DNA of 64,000 bases. Origin: a virus. The position numbers were made by a program, and so were the translations under genes. The notes beneath the pieces are model-generated. The model had not been told where the DNA came from and did no database searches. It saw only the letters and a program-made list of their open reading frames with translations. The stretch is taken from the IMG/VR virus record IMGVR_UViG_3300043811_000032, positions 34,692 through 98,691 of that record; one strand, written 5' to 3'. Below, piece by piece: positions 37,022 through 45,993 of the stretch. Within the stretch, counting starts at the first letter, position 1; every line of letters starts with the position of its first letter.

Positions 37022-37435
37022 TTATTTTGCGTATGACTTGCTGAGCCGGTCGGCCTCGGCGTTACGCTCGCGGGGCACCCACTCCAGCGTCCAGCCCGCG
37101 TTCAGCTCGGCGAGTAGTTTGCGGATGTGATTGCGCATCCGAGCGAGGTGTGGCTTCTTGCACTTCCAGCGCATGCAGACCTGCTCGACCACGAGCCGGC
37201 TGTCGCCACGGCAGATGAGCGGGGCGGAGATGCCTAGCCCGAGGAAGTAGCGTAATGCCTCCCCCAGTGCCGCGTACTCGGCCACGTTGCAGGTCGCCTC
37301 GGGACCGCGGCAGTACTCGCCGTGATCCGATGCCACCTCGTAGCCGTTGCCGTTCAGCAACCGCCACCCGAAGCTAGCGATGCCGCCAGGGTTGAAGCTG
37401 CATGCCCCGTCAAAGTAGATTACCCAAGGTTCCAC
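37022..37435 (-). CDS. rnhA: Ribonuclease HI family protein
   Basis: IYFDGAC..NPG, TCNVAEY.AL, GDSRLVV.Q, WVPRERNAEADRLS. Confidence 0.92.
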   Translation of the reverse strand: MEPWVIYFDGACSFNPGGIASFGWRLLNGNGYEVASDHGEYCRGPEATCNVAEYAALGEALRYFLGLGISAPLICRGDSRLVVEQVCMRWKCKKPHLARMRNHIRKLLAELNAGWTLEWVPRERNAEADRLSKSYAK

Positions 37436-37437
37436 GA

Positions 37438-37560
37438 CTATCGCCCTCTCTTGTCTTGCCATTTGCGTTTGTGATGTAGACCTACCCACGGCTTACTCTT
37501 GCTCCGCTTGGTCCTGTTACCCTTACGCTTCTCTACCGGCTTGTCTACTCCCTTAGTCAT
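37438..37560 (-). CDS. Small very basic peptide (40 aa)
   Basis: AGGAG RBS; stop abuts the RNase H start. Confidence 0.4.
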   Translation of the reverse strand: MTKGVDKPVEKRKGNRTKRSKSKPWVGLHHKRKWQDKRGR

Positions 37561-37577
37561 TATACGTCTCCTATAAG

Positions 37578-38130
37578 CGCACCCTCCGCCGCCCCGTTTC
37601 CCTTCTCCCCTTACCAGTGCCGTCTCCGCTCGGGGTCGAGCTGCTCTCACCCATATCGGCCTCTCTTGGACTCGCTGGTCTACCGGAGCAGCCTAGCAGA
37701 ACCAGCCACACAGAGAGATCCGAGCGTCTGACGTATACCGTATAAGTACGAGTTTAGGTTTCCGGTCGCCTGTCGAAAAGGAGCGGTTTCCACACGCTGG
37801 CCGTGGCCAGAAGGATCAACGGTCGGTCAAGCCCTTGCCTTCCCGCCGTCCTACGTTACCCTCGGGTGCGTCGCCCGGCTCGCCGGGTCGCACATTTTCT
37901 GGATACGCTTTTGATTCCCCGCGGCACCATACACCTTGTTATCGGTGTCCAGACCTCAGTCGGGTTCCTGTGCCGCCTCCCAGACCCTCGGGAACTGCCT
38001 CCCGACGGTACGCCCTATCTCACCACGTTCGGCCCGAGGTGGTTTGCCAAATACAGGCTAGTGAGCGAGTTACGTGGACCATCGCCCGCCTCGGTTGCAG
38101 CTGCTCGCTGCGCTAACAGTCGCCTACTAT
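37578..38130 (-). other. Non-coding, hairpin-dense region at the divergence point (candidate ncRNA or origin)
   Basis: No credible ORF; at least six nested stems; followed by an AT-rich tract at 38130-38300. Confidence 0.4.
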
Positions 38131-38262
38131 AAACTAGCTCGCCGAAAAAAGGGCGGGGAACACGACAAAAATCGAGGTAAAATTTCGTATTACTTGCGTT
38201 TCGTTAGTAATGGAACGTAACAAACTATTCGGCAAAATCCGACGCCCGCCCCGCGTTTGCTA

Positions 38263-38292
38263 TTTACTTAGCCGCCACCGCCGCATTAAAAT
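38263..38292 (+). promoter_or_regulatory. Putative early promoter
   Basis: TTTACT-N18-TAAAAT, same architecture as the 40163 promoter. Confidence 0.55.
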
Positions 38293-38388
38293 TGCCCGCT
38301 CGGACCCGGCAAGGTCAACCCGTTAACCACCGAACAGAGCAGCGGTACGTTTTCACCAACCCGTAACCTACTTGTAAGGAGACGTAAG

Positions 38389-40029
38389 ATGCCTACCCCG
38401 CGTAAGCCGAAGACCGAGCCCGAGGTCAAGTACCCCAACCTGCAGCTGGTCGCCTGCGTCCACGACTCGACGCCGACCGCCCCCGGCGTGGAGCGCTGGC
38501 CGGCGATGACGGCGGAGCGGATGAAGGAGCTGCTGGGCTGGGAGGCCGAGACCAGCGGTGAGGGCAGCGACAAGGTCACGTTCAAGGACTCGCTGTTCAC
38601 CGACTACGAGGGCCACGGCGTGCGGCTGCTCAATAACGCCCACAACCGCGACTTCGACGAGCCGCTGGCCAAGCGATACGCTCACGAGCACCTCAATAAG
38701 CACTGGAAGATGAACGGCGAGACGATCATCTTCTCCCGTTACGGTAACGTGGTAAGCGGTCAGCACCGCGGTGTAAGCATCATTCTCGCCGAGCAGCTCC
38801 GCACCAGCGACGCCCTCGAAGGTATGCCCAACAAGGCCAAGAGCCAGAAGCACCACTGGGAGGACGAGGGCTGGACCGGGCCGGTGACGATGGAGTGCCT
38901 GCTGGTATTCGGTGTTGACGAGGCGTCGGAGACCCTGCAGACCCTCGACAACGGGAAGCCGCGGTCGGTCTACGACGTGCTTTGTACGCTAGGGCACTTC
39001 CCGACCCTCAAGCCCAAGCCGCGCAAGGTAGCGGTGAAGGCCCTGGACTTCGCGTTGAAGCTGTTGTGGGAGCGAGCCGGCTACGACGACGCGGCTTGGA
39101 ATCTCTACCACCACGACCGCACCCACGCCGAGACGCTTGACCTGTTCAAGCGGCACAAGCGGATCGAGGCGGCGGTCAAGCACATAGTCAATACCGAGGG
39201 CGATGATGGCCGGCTGATATCCACCTACATCCCGCTGGGCACCGCCGCAGGAGTTATGTACTTGATGGCCGCTAGCGGGACCGCCGACGCCGAGACCAAG
39301 TACCGCCACGGTGACCCGCCCAACGAGCGGATGATCAACTTCGACCACTGGGATAAGGCCGAGCAGTTCTGGACCGACCTCGCGAGCAAGGGTGGCGAGG
39401 CACTGAAGGCGTTGCGGCAGTACATCACGGAGCTGCAGAAGGAGCGGGGCGAGGCGGGCATCACTCGCAAGGAGCGTATCGCCATCTTCGCCAAGGCATG
39501 GGTCGCATACTTGGGCGGCTCGGTGTCCAAGAAGGACTTGCACCTGGAGTACGGCACCAACGAGGCGGGCGAGCCGGTACTGACCGAGCACCCGACGTTC
39601 GGTGGCATCGACTGCGAGGAGGACGCCGACGTACCGAAGCTCAGCCCCGAGGAGCAGGCAGCGGCCAAGGAGCAGCAGAAGCAGGAGCGCATCCAGCGGC
39701 TCAAGGATGCCAACGACAAGAAGAAGGCGGAGAAGGCCACTGCCAAGGAGCAGGCTAACGATGCGGAGAAGGCCAAGCCCCAGACGCGCAAGGAGCTGGA
39801 GGAGTGGAACCGCAAGCAAGCGGAGATGGCTGACCAACAGGCAGCGAACATGATCGAGCAGGCCAATAAGACCGTCCCCACCAACGGCACCAGCGCCCCG
39901 CCGATCCCCCGCGTCAAGGGTGAAGTGCCTGCCCCTGAGCCGGTTCAGTACGACGCGGACGGGAAACCCCCTACACCAGCCAAGAAGCCGCCCGTGCCGC
40001 GGCGGAAGGCGGAGGCGGTGAAGTCGTAG
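38389..40029 (+). CDS. ParB/Srx-like (DGQHR-type) domain protein with long charged tail
   Basis: HNR...W..NGETIIF...G.VVSGQHR; strong AAGGAG RBS. Confidence 0.65.
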   Translation: MPTPRKPKTEPEVKYPNLQLVACVHDSTPTAPGVERWPAMTAERMKELLGWEAETSGEGSDKVTFKDSLFTDYEGHGVRLLNNAHNRDFDEPLAKRYAHEHLNKHWKMNGETIIFSRYGNVVSGQHRGVSIILAEQLRTSDALEGMPNKAKSQKHHWEDEGWTGPVTMECLLVFGVDEASETLQTLDNGKPRSVYDVLCTLGHFPTLKPKPRKVAVKALDFALKLLWERAGYDDAAWNLYHHDRTHAETLDLFKRHKRIEAAVKHIVNTEGDDGRLISTYIPLGTAAGVMYLMAASGTADAETKYRHGDPPNERMINFDHWDKAEQFWTDLASKGGEALKALRQYITELQKERGEAGITRKERIAIFAKAWVAYLGGSVSKKDLHLEYGTNEAGEPVLTEHPTFGGIDCEEDADVPKLSPEEQAAAKEQQKQERIQRLKDANDKKKAEKATAKEQANDAEKAKPQTRKELEEWNRKQAEMADQQAANMIEQANKTVPTNGTSAPPIPRVKGEVPAPEPVQYDADGKPPTPAKKPPVPRRKAEAVKS

Positions 40030-40082
40030 GATTGCCCGCAAACCGCTCTAGGGCTTTTCCTATCGTCGCGGCGCCCATAAAT

Positions 40083-40117
40083 ACGGCCCCTGCCCTAGCC
40101 CAGCAGGGGTCGTTTTG
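40083..40117 (+). terminator. Intrinsic terminator
   Basis: acggcccctgc/gcaggggtcgt stem followed by T tract. Confidence 0.65.
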
Positions 40118-40162
40118 CGTAACTACCTTACCTAATTGGGGTTAGGTAAATCGGATTAGTGC

Positions 40163-40192
40163 TTTACTTTCGGTAGCCGCCGCGACTATAAT
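40163..40192 (+). promoter_or_regulatory. Putative early promoter, leaderless transcript
   Basis: TTTACT-N18-TATAAT; ATG 6 nt downstream, no RBS. Confidence 0.6.
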
Positions 40193-40198
40193 AACGCC

Positions 40199-40426
40199 AT
40201 GAGATGCGAACACAAAGGCTGCGGCAACGAAGTACCCAAGCGGCGCCGCGGGCGTCCTCGCAAGTACTGCGACACCTGCCAAGCCCTGATGCTCAGGGAG
40301 AAGTCAGAGTCGCAGGCCGCTACCAGACGCGAGCTACGCCGCAAGCGTTGGAAGCAAGAAGGCAGGCAGACCTGCCCCACGTGCGAACAGTTACTACCCA
40401 AGTCCCGGCAAGGAGTACAGCGATGA
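40199..40426 (+). CDS. Small basic Zn-finger protein
   Basis: CEHKGC...GRPRKYCDTC...CPTC. Confidence 0.65.
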   Translation: MRCEHKGCGNEVPKRRRGRPRKYCDTCQALMLREKSESQAATRRELRRKRWKQEGRQTCPTCEQLLPKSRQGVQR

Positions 40427-42588
40427 AGAAGGCAGACGTAAAGGTTGGCGGTTTGTACCGAGCCAAAGTCAACGACCGGCTCACTACCGTCCGCGTAGAC
40501 AGCCTCAGCAACAGCGGCGGCTATAACGTCACGAACCTAACCACCGGCAAGCGGATTTTCTTCCGCTCAGCGATGAGGTTCCGCGAGGAGGCCAAGCAGT
40601 GCCTCAAGGGCGGGGTAGTGGTCGGGTTGGAGGAGCAGACCAAAGCCAACCTCGCTCGTGCCGACTCTCACAAGTACAGCAAGCCAGTTGAGGAGGTCGC
40701 CGTCGAGCAGCCCCCTTTCGAGCAGACCCTTGGTGGCTCGCAACTGCAGTCGCCCACGGCCGCTTCCGCCGCCACGGCAACCACCCCCGCACCGGCGAAC
40801 TCCCAACCGGATACGAGCCCAACCTGCTCACCGGACGCTGCCGCTGCAAAGCCTGCGTCGCCGCCCGCCTCGCCCTCTGGCAAGGCTGCTGAGCACGAGT
40901 GCTGCAGCCTGCCTACGAAGCGGACCTACATCGGCGGACGTCCGGCGACTCGGTGCTCCAAGTGCGGTACGCACTGGTACACCGACATCGCGGTCAAGGA
41001 CGGCGACACCCTGCTCAAGACGCCCCGTCCCGGCTTGGCCGCGATGCTCAAGGGCAGTATCCAGCAGGCGACCAACGGCAAGCACCCGCCCCACGTAATC
41101 GTTGAGGCACGTGCTGGCACCGGCAAGACTACCACGCTGGTCGAGGGGTTGAAGAAGGTCAAGGGCTTGCCCGTCTCCATCACGCCCTCGCCCCAGCAGG
41201 CGGCGGTATGGGAGGCGATGGAGCAGAGCAAGGACGCCAAGAGCATCGCCTTCGTGGCGTTCAACAAGTCCATCGCTACCGAGCTGCAGCGCCGCGTGCC
41301 GCAGGGCTGCGACGCCAGCACGATGCACTCGATGGGCTTCAAGGCGGTTCAGCGGGCGTTCGGTCGCTGTCAGGTGGAGAGCTACCGCGTCAGCAACATC
41401 ATCAGCGAGCTGCTGGAGCGGGACATTCGCGAGCTGCGCAAGTACGAGCCCGACCTCGTCAAGGCGACGGAGCAGCTGGTGGGTCTCTGCAAGATGAACC
41501 TGCTCGGCGGTAATCCCGAGGAGCTGGACGAGCTGGCCCGCTACTACGACGTGGAGATGAACGGTTCGCGGGCGAAGGTCTTCGACCTGGTGCCCCGCGT
41601 GCTGGAGCGGTGCAAGGACGTGGCTAAGGACGGCTGCGTGGACTTCGACGACATGATCTGGGCTCCCGTCGCCCTCGACCTGCCGGTATTCAAGTACGAC
41701 CTGCTACTGGTCGACGAGGCACAGGACCTCAACAGGTGCCAGCAGGCCCTCGCCAAGAAGGCGGGCAAGCGGCTGATCTTCGTCGGTGACCCGAAGCAGG
41801 CCATCTACGGCTTCGCTGGGGCCGACGCCAAGAGCATGCACCGCCTCCACGAGGAGCTGAGCCAGCAACCCACCGGCTGCATCAAGCTGCCACTGACCGT
41901 CACCCGCCGCTGCGGCAAGGCCATCGTCGCCGAGGCCCAACGGTTCGTACCGGACTTCGAGGCGCACGAGAGCAACGGTGCCGGCAAGATTAGCCAGGCC
42001 CAGTACCCGAAGGAAGGCCAGACGGCCCCAGACTACACCGGTAGTGTGCTGGACGGCGACATGATCCTGTGCCGCGTCAACGCACCGCTCGTCAGCCAGT
42101 GCTTCCGGTTCCTCAAGGTCGGTCTCAAGGCTAACATCCAGGGACGGGACATCGGGCAGGGACTCATCAGTACGGTCAAGAAGCTCAAGGCCCAGAGCAT
42201 ACCCGACCTGACCGGCAAGGTGGACGACTGGCTGTACAAGGAGCAGAGCAAGGAGCGGGCCAAGCGGAACCCGAACGACGCCCGCCTGATCGCCCTGCAG
42301 GACCGAGCCGACTGCCTGCACTGCTTCACCAAGGGTTGCGAGACGGTGGACGACGTGATCCGCAAGATCGAGAGCGTGTTCACCGACAACAAGGACATCA
42401 CCGGCATCCGCCTGAGCAGCTGTCACAAGGCGAAGGGTCTCGAAGCCAAGCGGGTGTTCTTCATCAACACCAAGGACGCCCCGTGCCCGCATCCTATGGC
42501 CAAGCAGGCGTGGGAGCGGGAGCAGGAACACAACATCCTGTACGTGGGCATCACGCGGGCCATCGAAGAGTTGATCTGGGTTTCTTAA
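40423..42588 (+). CDS. UvrD/Rep superfamily I helicase
   Basis: ARAGTGKTT, AFNK, VDEAQD, VGDPKQAIYGF, HKAKGLE, YVGITRA. Confidence 0.93.
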   Translation: MKKADVKVGGLYRAKVNDRLTTVRVDSLSNSGGYNVTNLTTGKRIFFRSAMRFREEAKQCLKGGVVVGLEEQTKANLARADSHKYSKPVEEVAVEQPPFEQTLGGSQLQSPTAASAATATTPAPANSQPDTSPTCSPDAAAAKPASPPASPSGKAAEHECCSLPTKRTYIGGRPATRCSKCGTHWYTDIAVKDGDTLLKTPRPGLAAMLKGSIQQATNGKHPPHVIVEARAGTGKTTTLVEGLKKVKGLPVSITPSPQQAAVWEAMEQSKDAKSIAFVAFNKSIATELQRRVPQGCDASTMHSMGFKAVQRAFGRCQVESYRVSNIISELLERDIRELRKYEPDLVKATEQLVGLCKMNLLGGNPEELDELARYYDVEMNGSRAKVFDLVPRVLERCKDVAKDGCVDFDDMIWAPVALDLPVFKYDLLLVDEAQDLNRCQQALAKKAGKRLIFVGDPKQAIYGFAGADAKSMHRLHEELSQQPTGCIKLPLTVTRRCGKAIVAEAQRFVPDFEAHESNGAGKISQAQYPKEGQTAPDYTGSVLDGDMILCRVNAPLVSQCFRFLKVGLKANIQGRDIGQGLISTVKKLKAQSIPDLTGKVDDWLYKEQSKERAKRNPNDARLIALQDRADCLHCFTKGCETVDDVIRKIESVFTDNKDITGIRLSSCHKAKGLEAKRVFFINTKDAPCPHPMAKQAWEREQEHNILYVGITRAIEELIWVS

Positions 42589-42607
42589 CCAACGAAAGGA
42601 GTCTGAG

Positions 42608-42910
42608 GTGCTTGTTTTATCGAGACGTAAGGGTGAACGCATCGTCATCGGCACTGCTGATAACCCCATCACCGTCGAGGTGGTGGAAATCCGCGGCGAC
42701 CGCGTCAGGCTCGGAGTTGTTGCCAGCAAGCAGGTGCCGGTACACCGCGAGGAGGTCTGGACCGCGATCCACGGTCCTCGTCTCCGCCGCGTCTGCAGCT
42801 GGTGCGAGACCGTGATGGACGAGGGCACCGAGGGCGCCGGAACCACCCACGGCATCTGCGGCGGCTGCAAGGACCGGGAGCTAGCGGCGATGCCGAGGGC
42901 GAACGAGTAA
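42608..42910 (+). CDS. csrA: CsrA/RsmA translational regulator fused to a Zn ribbon
   Basis: MLVLSRRKGERIVIG...VRLGV...VPVHREE plus CSWC...THGICGGC. Confidence 0.9.
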   Translation: MLVLSRRKGERIVIGTADNPITVEVVEIRGDRVRLGVVASKQVPVHREEVWTAIHGPRLRRVCSWCETVMDEGTEGAGTTHGICGGCKDRELAAMPRANE

Positions 42911-43023
42911 CTGGGGTTGGCGGGGATCGTAGCCTGGAAGCCGCGAAACGGTCTAAAAGTGGTTCGACGTAAGGGGCCATAAAGGCGCTTAGAACCTGCC
43001 CCACCAACCCGAGGAGGACAACC

Positions 43024-43380
43024 ATGACCGCCGCACGTATCGACGACGTGTTCTATCCGAAGGGTCACGACCTCACCGCGTATCAGGCACTCCGCGCCTT
43101 GGGAGAGAGCGTGCAGGCCCTGCGCAAGATAGGCGACGCTATCGACGAGGGTGGCAAGCGGCGGGAGCGGATGGCGGTGGCTAGCTGGGCGTTCGAGGAG
43201 GCTGGCTGCCCCTATGAACGGTTCGACGTCGCCGCGTGGGGCTACATCCGCGAGGGGGACGTCTACCTCGACTCCCTCCGCGACTTGGCCAGGGAGTTCG
43301 GCGTCAAGTTCTCGATCCGTCGCGGCACCGCCAGCGCCGAGGCGGAAGCGTGGCTCGTGCTGGCGATGACGGGGGGTTGA
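43024..43380 (+). CDS. Hypothetical protein
   Basis: GGAGGA RBS. Confidence 0.65.
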   Translation: MTAARIDDVFYPKGHDLTAYQALRALGESVQALRKIGDAIDEGGKRRERMAVASWAFEEAGCPYERFDVAAWGYIREGDVYLDSLRDLAREFGVKFSIRRGTASAEAEAWLVLAMTGG

Positions 43381-43381
43381 G

Positions 43382-43564
43382 ATGAAAGCGATGACACCGA
43401 AGGAGTTCAAGGAGGAAATGCGGAAGATATTCCCCGTCAATGAATCGGAGGACACCGAGAGTGCCCACGGCTCTGGGGACGCCTTGCTCTGCGAAGTGTT
43501 ACGGAGCCTCGGCTACGGCGACGGGGTCAAGATATTCGAGGAGGCCGACAAGTGGTACGGGTGA
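43382..43564 (+). CDS. Small conserved phage protein (H...D.LLC.VL.SLGY...F...KWY)
   Basis: Coupled; familiar phage motif. Confidence 0.6.
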   Translation: MKAMTPKEFKEEMRKIFPVNESEDTESAHGSGDALLCEVLRSLGYGDGVKIFEEADKWYG

Positions 43565-43950
43565 CCGACTGCCCGATGCTGGAGGCCGTTCGCCAGTGCG
43601 ACGGCGACCTGACCACACTGCTGGTGGCCTGCGACTGGCTCGACGAGCATGGCAACCCGTCGCTGGCGGAGGAGTGCCGCGACGCGCTGACGAATAAGGA
43701 GCCCAACGTCTGGGAAGAGGTCAAGGACGCTCAGGACTGTCAGTGGTGGAGGGGAGGCCTCGCTGGAGAAAGGGAAGATAGCAACCTAGCGGATTACCTG
43801 TTCTCGCTGCTGGATGGCAAAGACAGGGAAGATTACTACGTCCGCTTTGGCACACGCGATGGTCTCAATAGAGAACGGGCACGCGACGCCGCCCTCCACG
43901 CTCTGCGACGGGCGGTGGCCAGACTAATGGAGGCACGATGGACGAGTTGA
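43561..43950 (+). CDS. TIGR02996-like domain protein
   Basis: LLVACDWLDEHGNPSLAE. Confidence 0.6.
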   Translation: MTDCPMLEAVRQCDGDLTTLLVACDWLDEHGNPSLAEECRDALTNKEPNVWEEVKDAQDCQWWRGGLAGEREDSNLADYLFSLLDGKDREDYYVRFGTRDGLNRERARDAALHALRRAVARLMEARWTS

Positions 43951-43998
43951 TGATCTTGTGGCTGGTAGCGATCTACCTGTTACTGAGGAGGGCATGAG

Positions 43999-44187
43999 AT
44001 GAGCAAGCGAGTGAGCTTTGTCGTGAGCGTCGAGCAACCCGATGACGTGTCCGTGCCGGAGCTGCGGGAGTACATCAGGGAAGCCGTCGGTGCCTGGTGC
44101 AAGGGAACCTGCCCTGACGACCCGATCTTCGACTTGGATGCCGACAAGGTGAGGGTCCGTAGGCAGCGGAAGGTGGTGCAGAAGTGA
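43999..44187 (+). CDS. Hypothetical protein
   Basis: GAGGAGG RBS. Confidence 0.55.
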   Translation: MSKRVSFVVSVEQPDDVSVPELREYIREAVGAWCKGTCPDDPIFDLDADKVRVRRQRKVVQK

Positions 44188-44564
44188 CGTTCGATCCGAT
44201 GAAGTGGTTCGAGTCGTTCCAGAAGGAGCGGCCCGTGTACGGCACCATGGGTGGCGAGCCCACGCTGCCGGCTATTAAGCCCAGCGACACGCTAGACGCG
44301 GCCGAGTACATCAACGGACCGGTGGAGGCTCCGCCCCGTCCCCGCTACGAGGGGCCACTGTTCAGCGTGGTGGAGATGGCGGACGGCAGGGGCGGGTCGG
44401 CGTTCGGCATCCGCCGCAACGACGGGCTGGGCCGCTGGCACCCGACCCGCTACCTGCATCTGGAGGAGGCGGAGAGCTGGAAGGATTGGCTCGTGCTGGA
44501 ATGGCTAGAGGGGCGGGAGACGGTGCTGATAGAGGGGTTCAGATGCACCAAGCTGGAGGAGTGA
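44184..44564 (+). CDS. Hypothetical protein
   Basis: GTGA overlap. Confidence 0.55.
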   Translation: MTFDPMKWFESFQKERPVYGTMGGEPTLPAIKPSDTLDAAEYINGPVEAPPRPRYEGPLFSVVEMADGRGGSAFGIRRNDGLGRWHPTRYLHLEEAESWKDWLVLEWLEGRETVLIEGFRCTKLEE

Positions 44565-44670
44565 TCATCATGTCGCCAGAAGACAACCCGGCAGACGATC
44601 AAGAAATGTCTCGGGAAGAGTACGAGGAATGGGAGCGACGGCGAGACGAGCCTACGCCTGTTCTTGGGCG

Positions 44671-45087
44671 TCAAGGATCGCGAGACCCCAACTCGAACAG
44701 AATGTCGCCGATGGGGAACGTGGGCGGTGGGGAGCCGACGCCGATCAGCCCCAGCGACGCCAGCCCGGCAATGTAGGCGTTGCCGCCGTTGCTGGCGTCG
44801 GTCAGTGCCACGCCCACGACCGTGTTCCAGCTACCGGTGGGGGTCGGCCACTGCACGGCGGTATTGTTCCAGCTGACACCGCCCGACGCCCCAGCGTAGT
44901 TGATAGGGGACGGGTTCAGCTGGGCACGCTGGTAGCCGCCGCCACTGGGCTCGCTGATGGTGCTGCCAGTGGCGTCAGGGTCCGGCCACGCAGTCAGCAG
45001 CGCGAAGTAAATGTTGCTGGGGAACGTGAACGTCGTGCCCTGGAGCAGGTTGTTCAGGACCCCGTTGCGGAAGTAATCAAACAACAT
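44671..45087 (-). CDS. Minor tail / fibre-associated structural protein
   Basis: YFALLTA.P...[10 protein letters not shown]...N...[20 protein letters not shown]. Confidence 0.75.
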   Translation of the reverse strand: MLFDYFRNGVLNNLLQGTTFTFPSNIYFALLTAWPDPDATGSTISEPSGGGYQRAQLNPSPINYAGASGGVSWNNTAVQWPTPTGSWNTVVGVALTDASNGGNAYIAGLASLGLIGVGSPPPTFPIGDILFELGSRDP

Positions 45088-45124
45088 GGGAGTTCAGTTC
45101 TTCTCTTCTTATAAGGAGTTTGTC

Positions 45125-45871
45125 ATGCGTCGCAAGGGGTTCACTCTGATCGAGCTGCTGGTGGTGATTGCCATCATTGGCGTGCTGGTTGCCATGTTGA
45201 TGGTAGCCGTGCAGAAGGCGAGGGAGGCAGCGAATCGCATCAGCTGCGTCAACAATCTGAAGCAGATCGGTCTGGCCTGCCACGTCTACCACGACGCGGT
45301 GCTGACCATGCCGACGGAGCAACCGACTACGGGCACCGCGACATCGCTGTACACGACCTTGTTGCCTAATATTGAGCAGCAGAATCTGTACAACCAGATC
45401 GTCGGAGGCAGCGGCACTCCGGTCGGGCTGAAGATTTACACGTGCCCGAGCCGACGCACTCCCACCCAACCCTTCCGGGACTATGTCTACTACAACCCGA
45501 CCGGCTTGGGGCAATCGAGCGTCTTCGGTGCCAAGGGCGGCGTGTCGCTGGGCATCCTGACGAACGCTAACGGAGCGAGCAACACGGCCCTGCTGGCCCA
45601 CGTGTTCTTAGCACCGTCTTCCTATGGTCAACTGGACCCGAGCGGCGGGGGCTGGAACACTATGAACAACACAGCGTCCTCGGCCACGCAACAGCAGGAT
45701 AGTAACTCAAGCGGGTCAGCGGGTCTTGGCGGGCCACACCCCAACACCGATCCGATGCTTTTCGCGGACGGCCACGCGCAGAACATCGCCTTCCAGTGGT
45801 GCACCGCCAACCCGAACCCGGCACAGTATATGTGGAACTACCTCAACACCAACCCCTACGCGCTGCCATGA
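45125..45871 (+). CDS. DUF1559 prepilin-type N-terminal cleavage/methylation protein (H-X9-DG)
   Basis: RKG|[13 protein letters not shown]...[24 protein letters not shown]; CPSR; [12 protein letters not shown]. Confidence 0.95.
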   Translation: MRRKGFTLIELLVVIAIIGVLVAMLMVAVQKAREAANRISCVNNLKQIGLACHVYHDAVLTMPTEQPTTGTATSLYTTLLPNIEQQNLYNQIVGGSGTPVGLKIYTCPSRRTPTQPFRDYVYYNPTGLGQSSVFGAKGGVSLGILTNANGASNTALLAHVFLAPSSYGQLDPSGGGWNTMNNTASSATQQQDSNSSGSAGLGGPHPNTDPMLFADGHAQNIAFQWCTANPNPAQYMWNYLNTNPYALP

Positions 45872-45993
45872 AGATGCTGGTCGTGCTGCTAATCGTCTTC
45901 CTGATTTGCATCGTCATCGGGACGCTGATGCCCTGCAACGAGCAGCTGGACAAGCTCGCTCAGGACATCGTCGACTCGGTAACTCCGAAGTAA
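45868..45993 (+). CDS. Small membrane protein (41 aa)
   Basis: [18 protein letters not shown]; ATGA overlap with the pilin gene. Confidence 0.5.
   Translation: MKMLVVLLIVFLICIVIGTLMPCNEQLDKLAQDIVDSVTPK

Noticed and set aside
37860-37895. Group II intron 5' end (GTGCG)
   Set aside because: No domain V, no reverse transcriptase and no interrupted gene
40204-40422. Extended N-terminus of UvrD from the ORF track
   Set aside because: Overlaps the Zn-finger ORF; RBS and ATGA overlap support the start at 40423
41704-43455. 583-aa minus-strand ORF, and similar long antisense ORFs such as 38989-40041 and 47101-48381
   Set aside because: Shadow frames of well-supported genes in GC-rich DNA; no motifs
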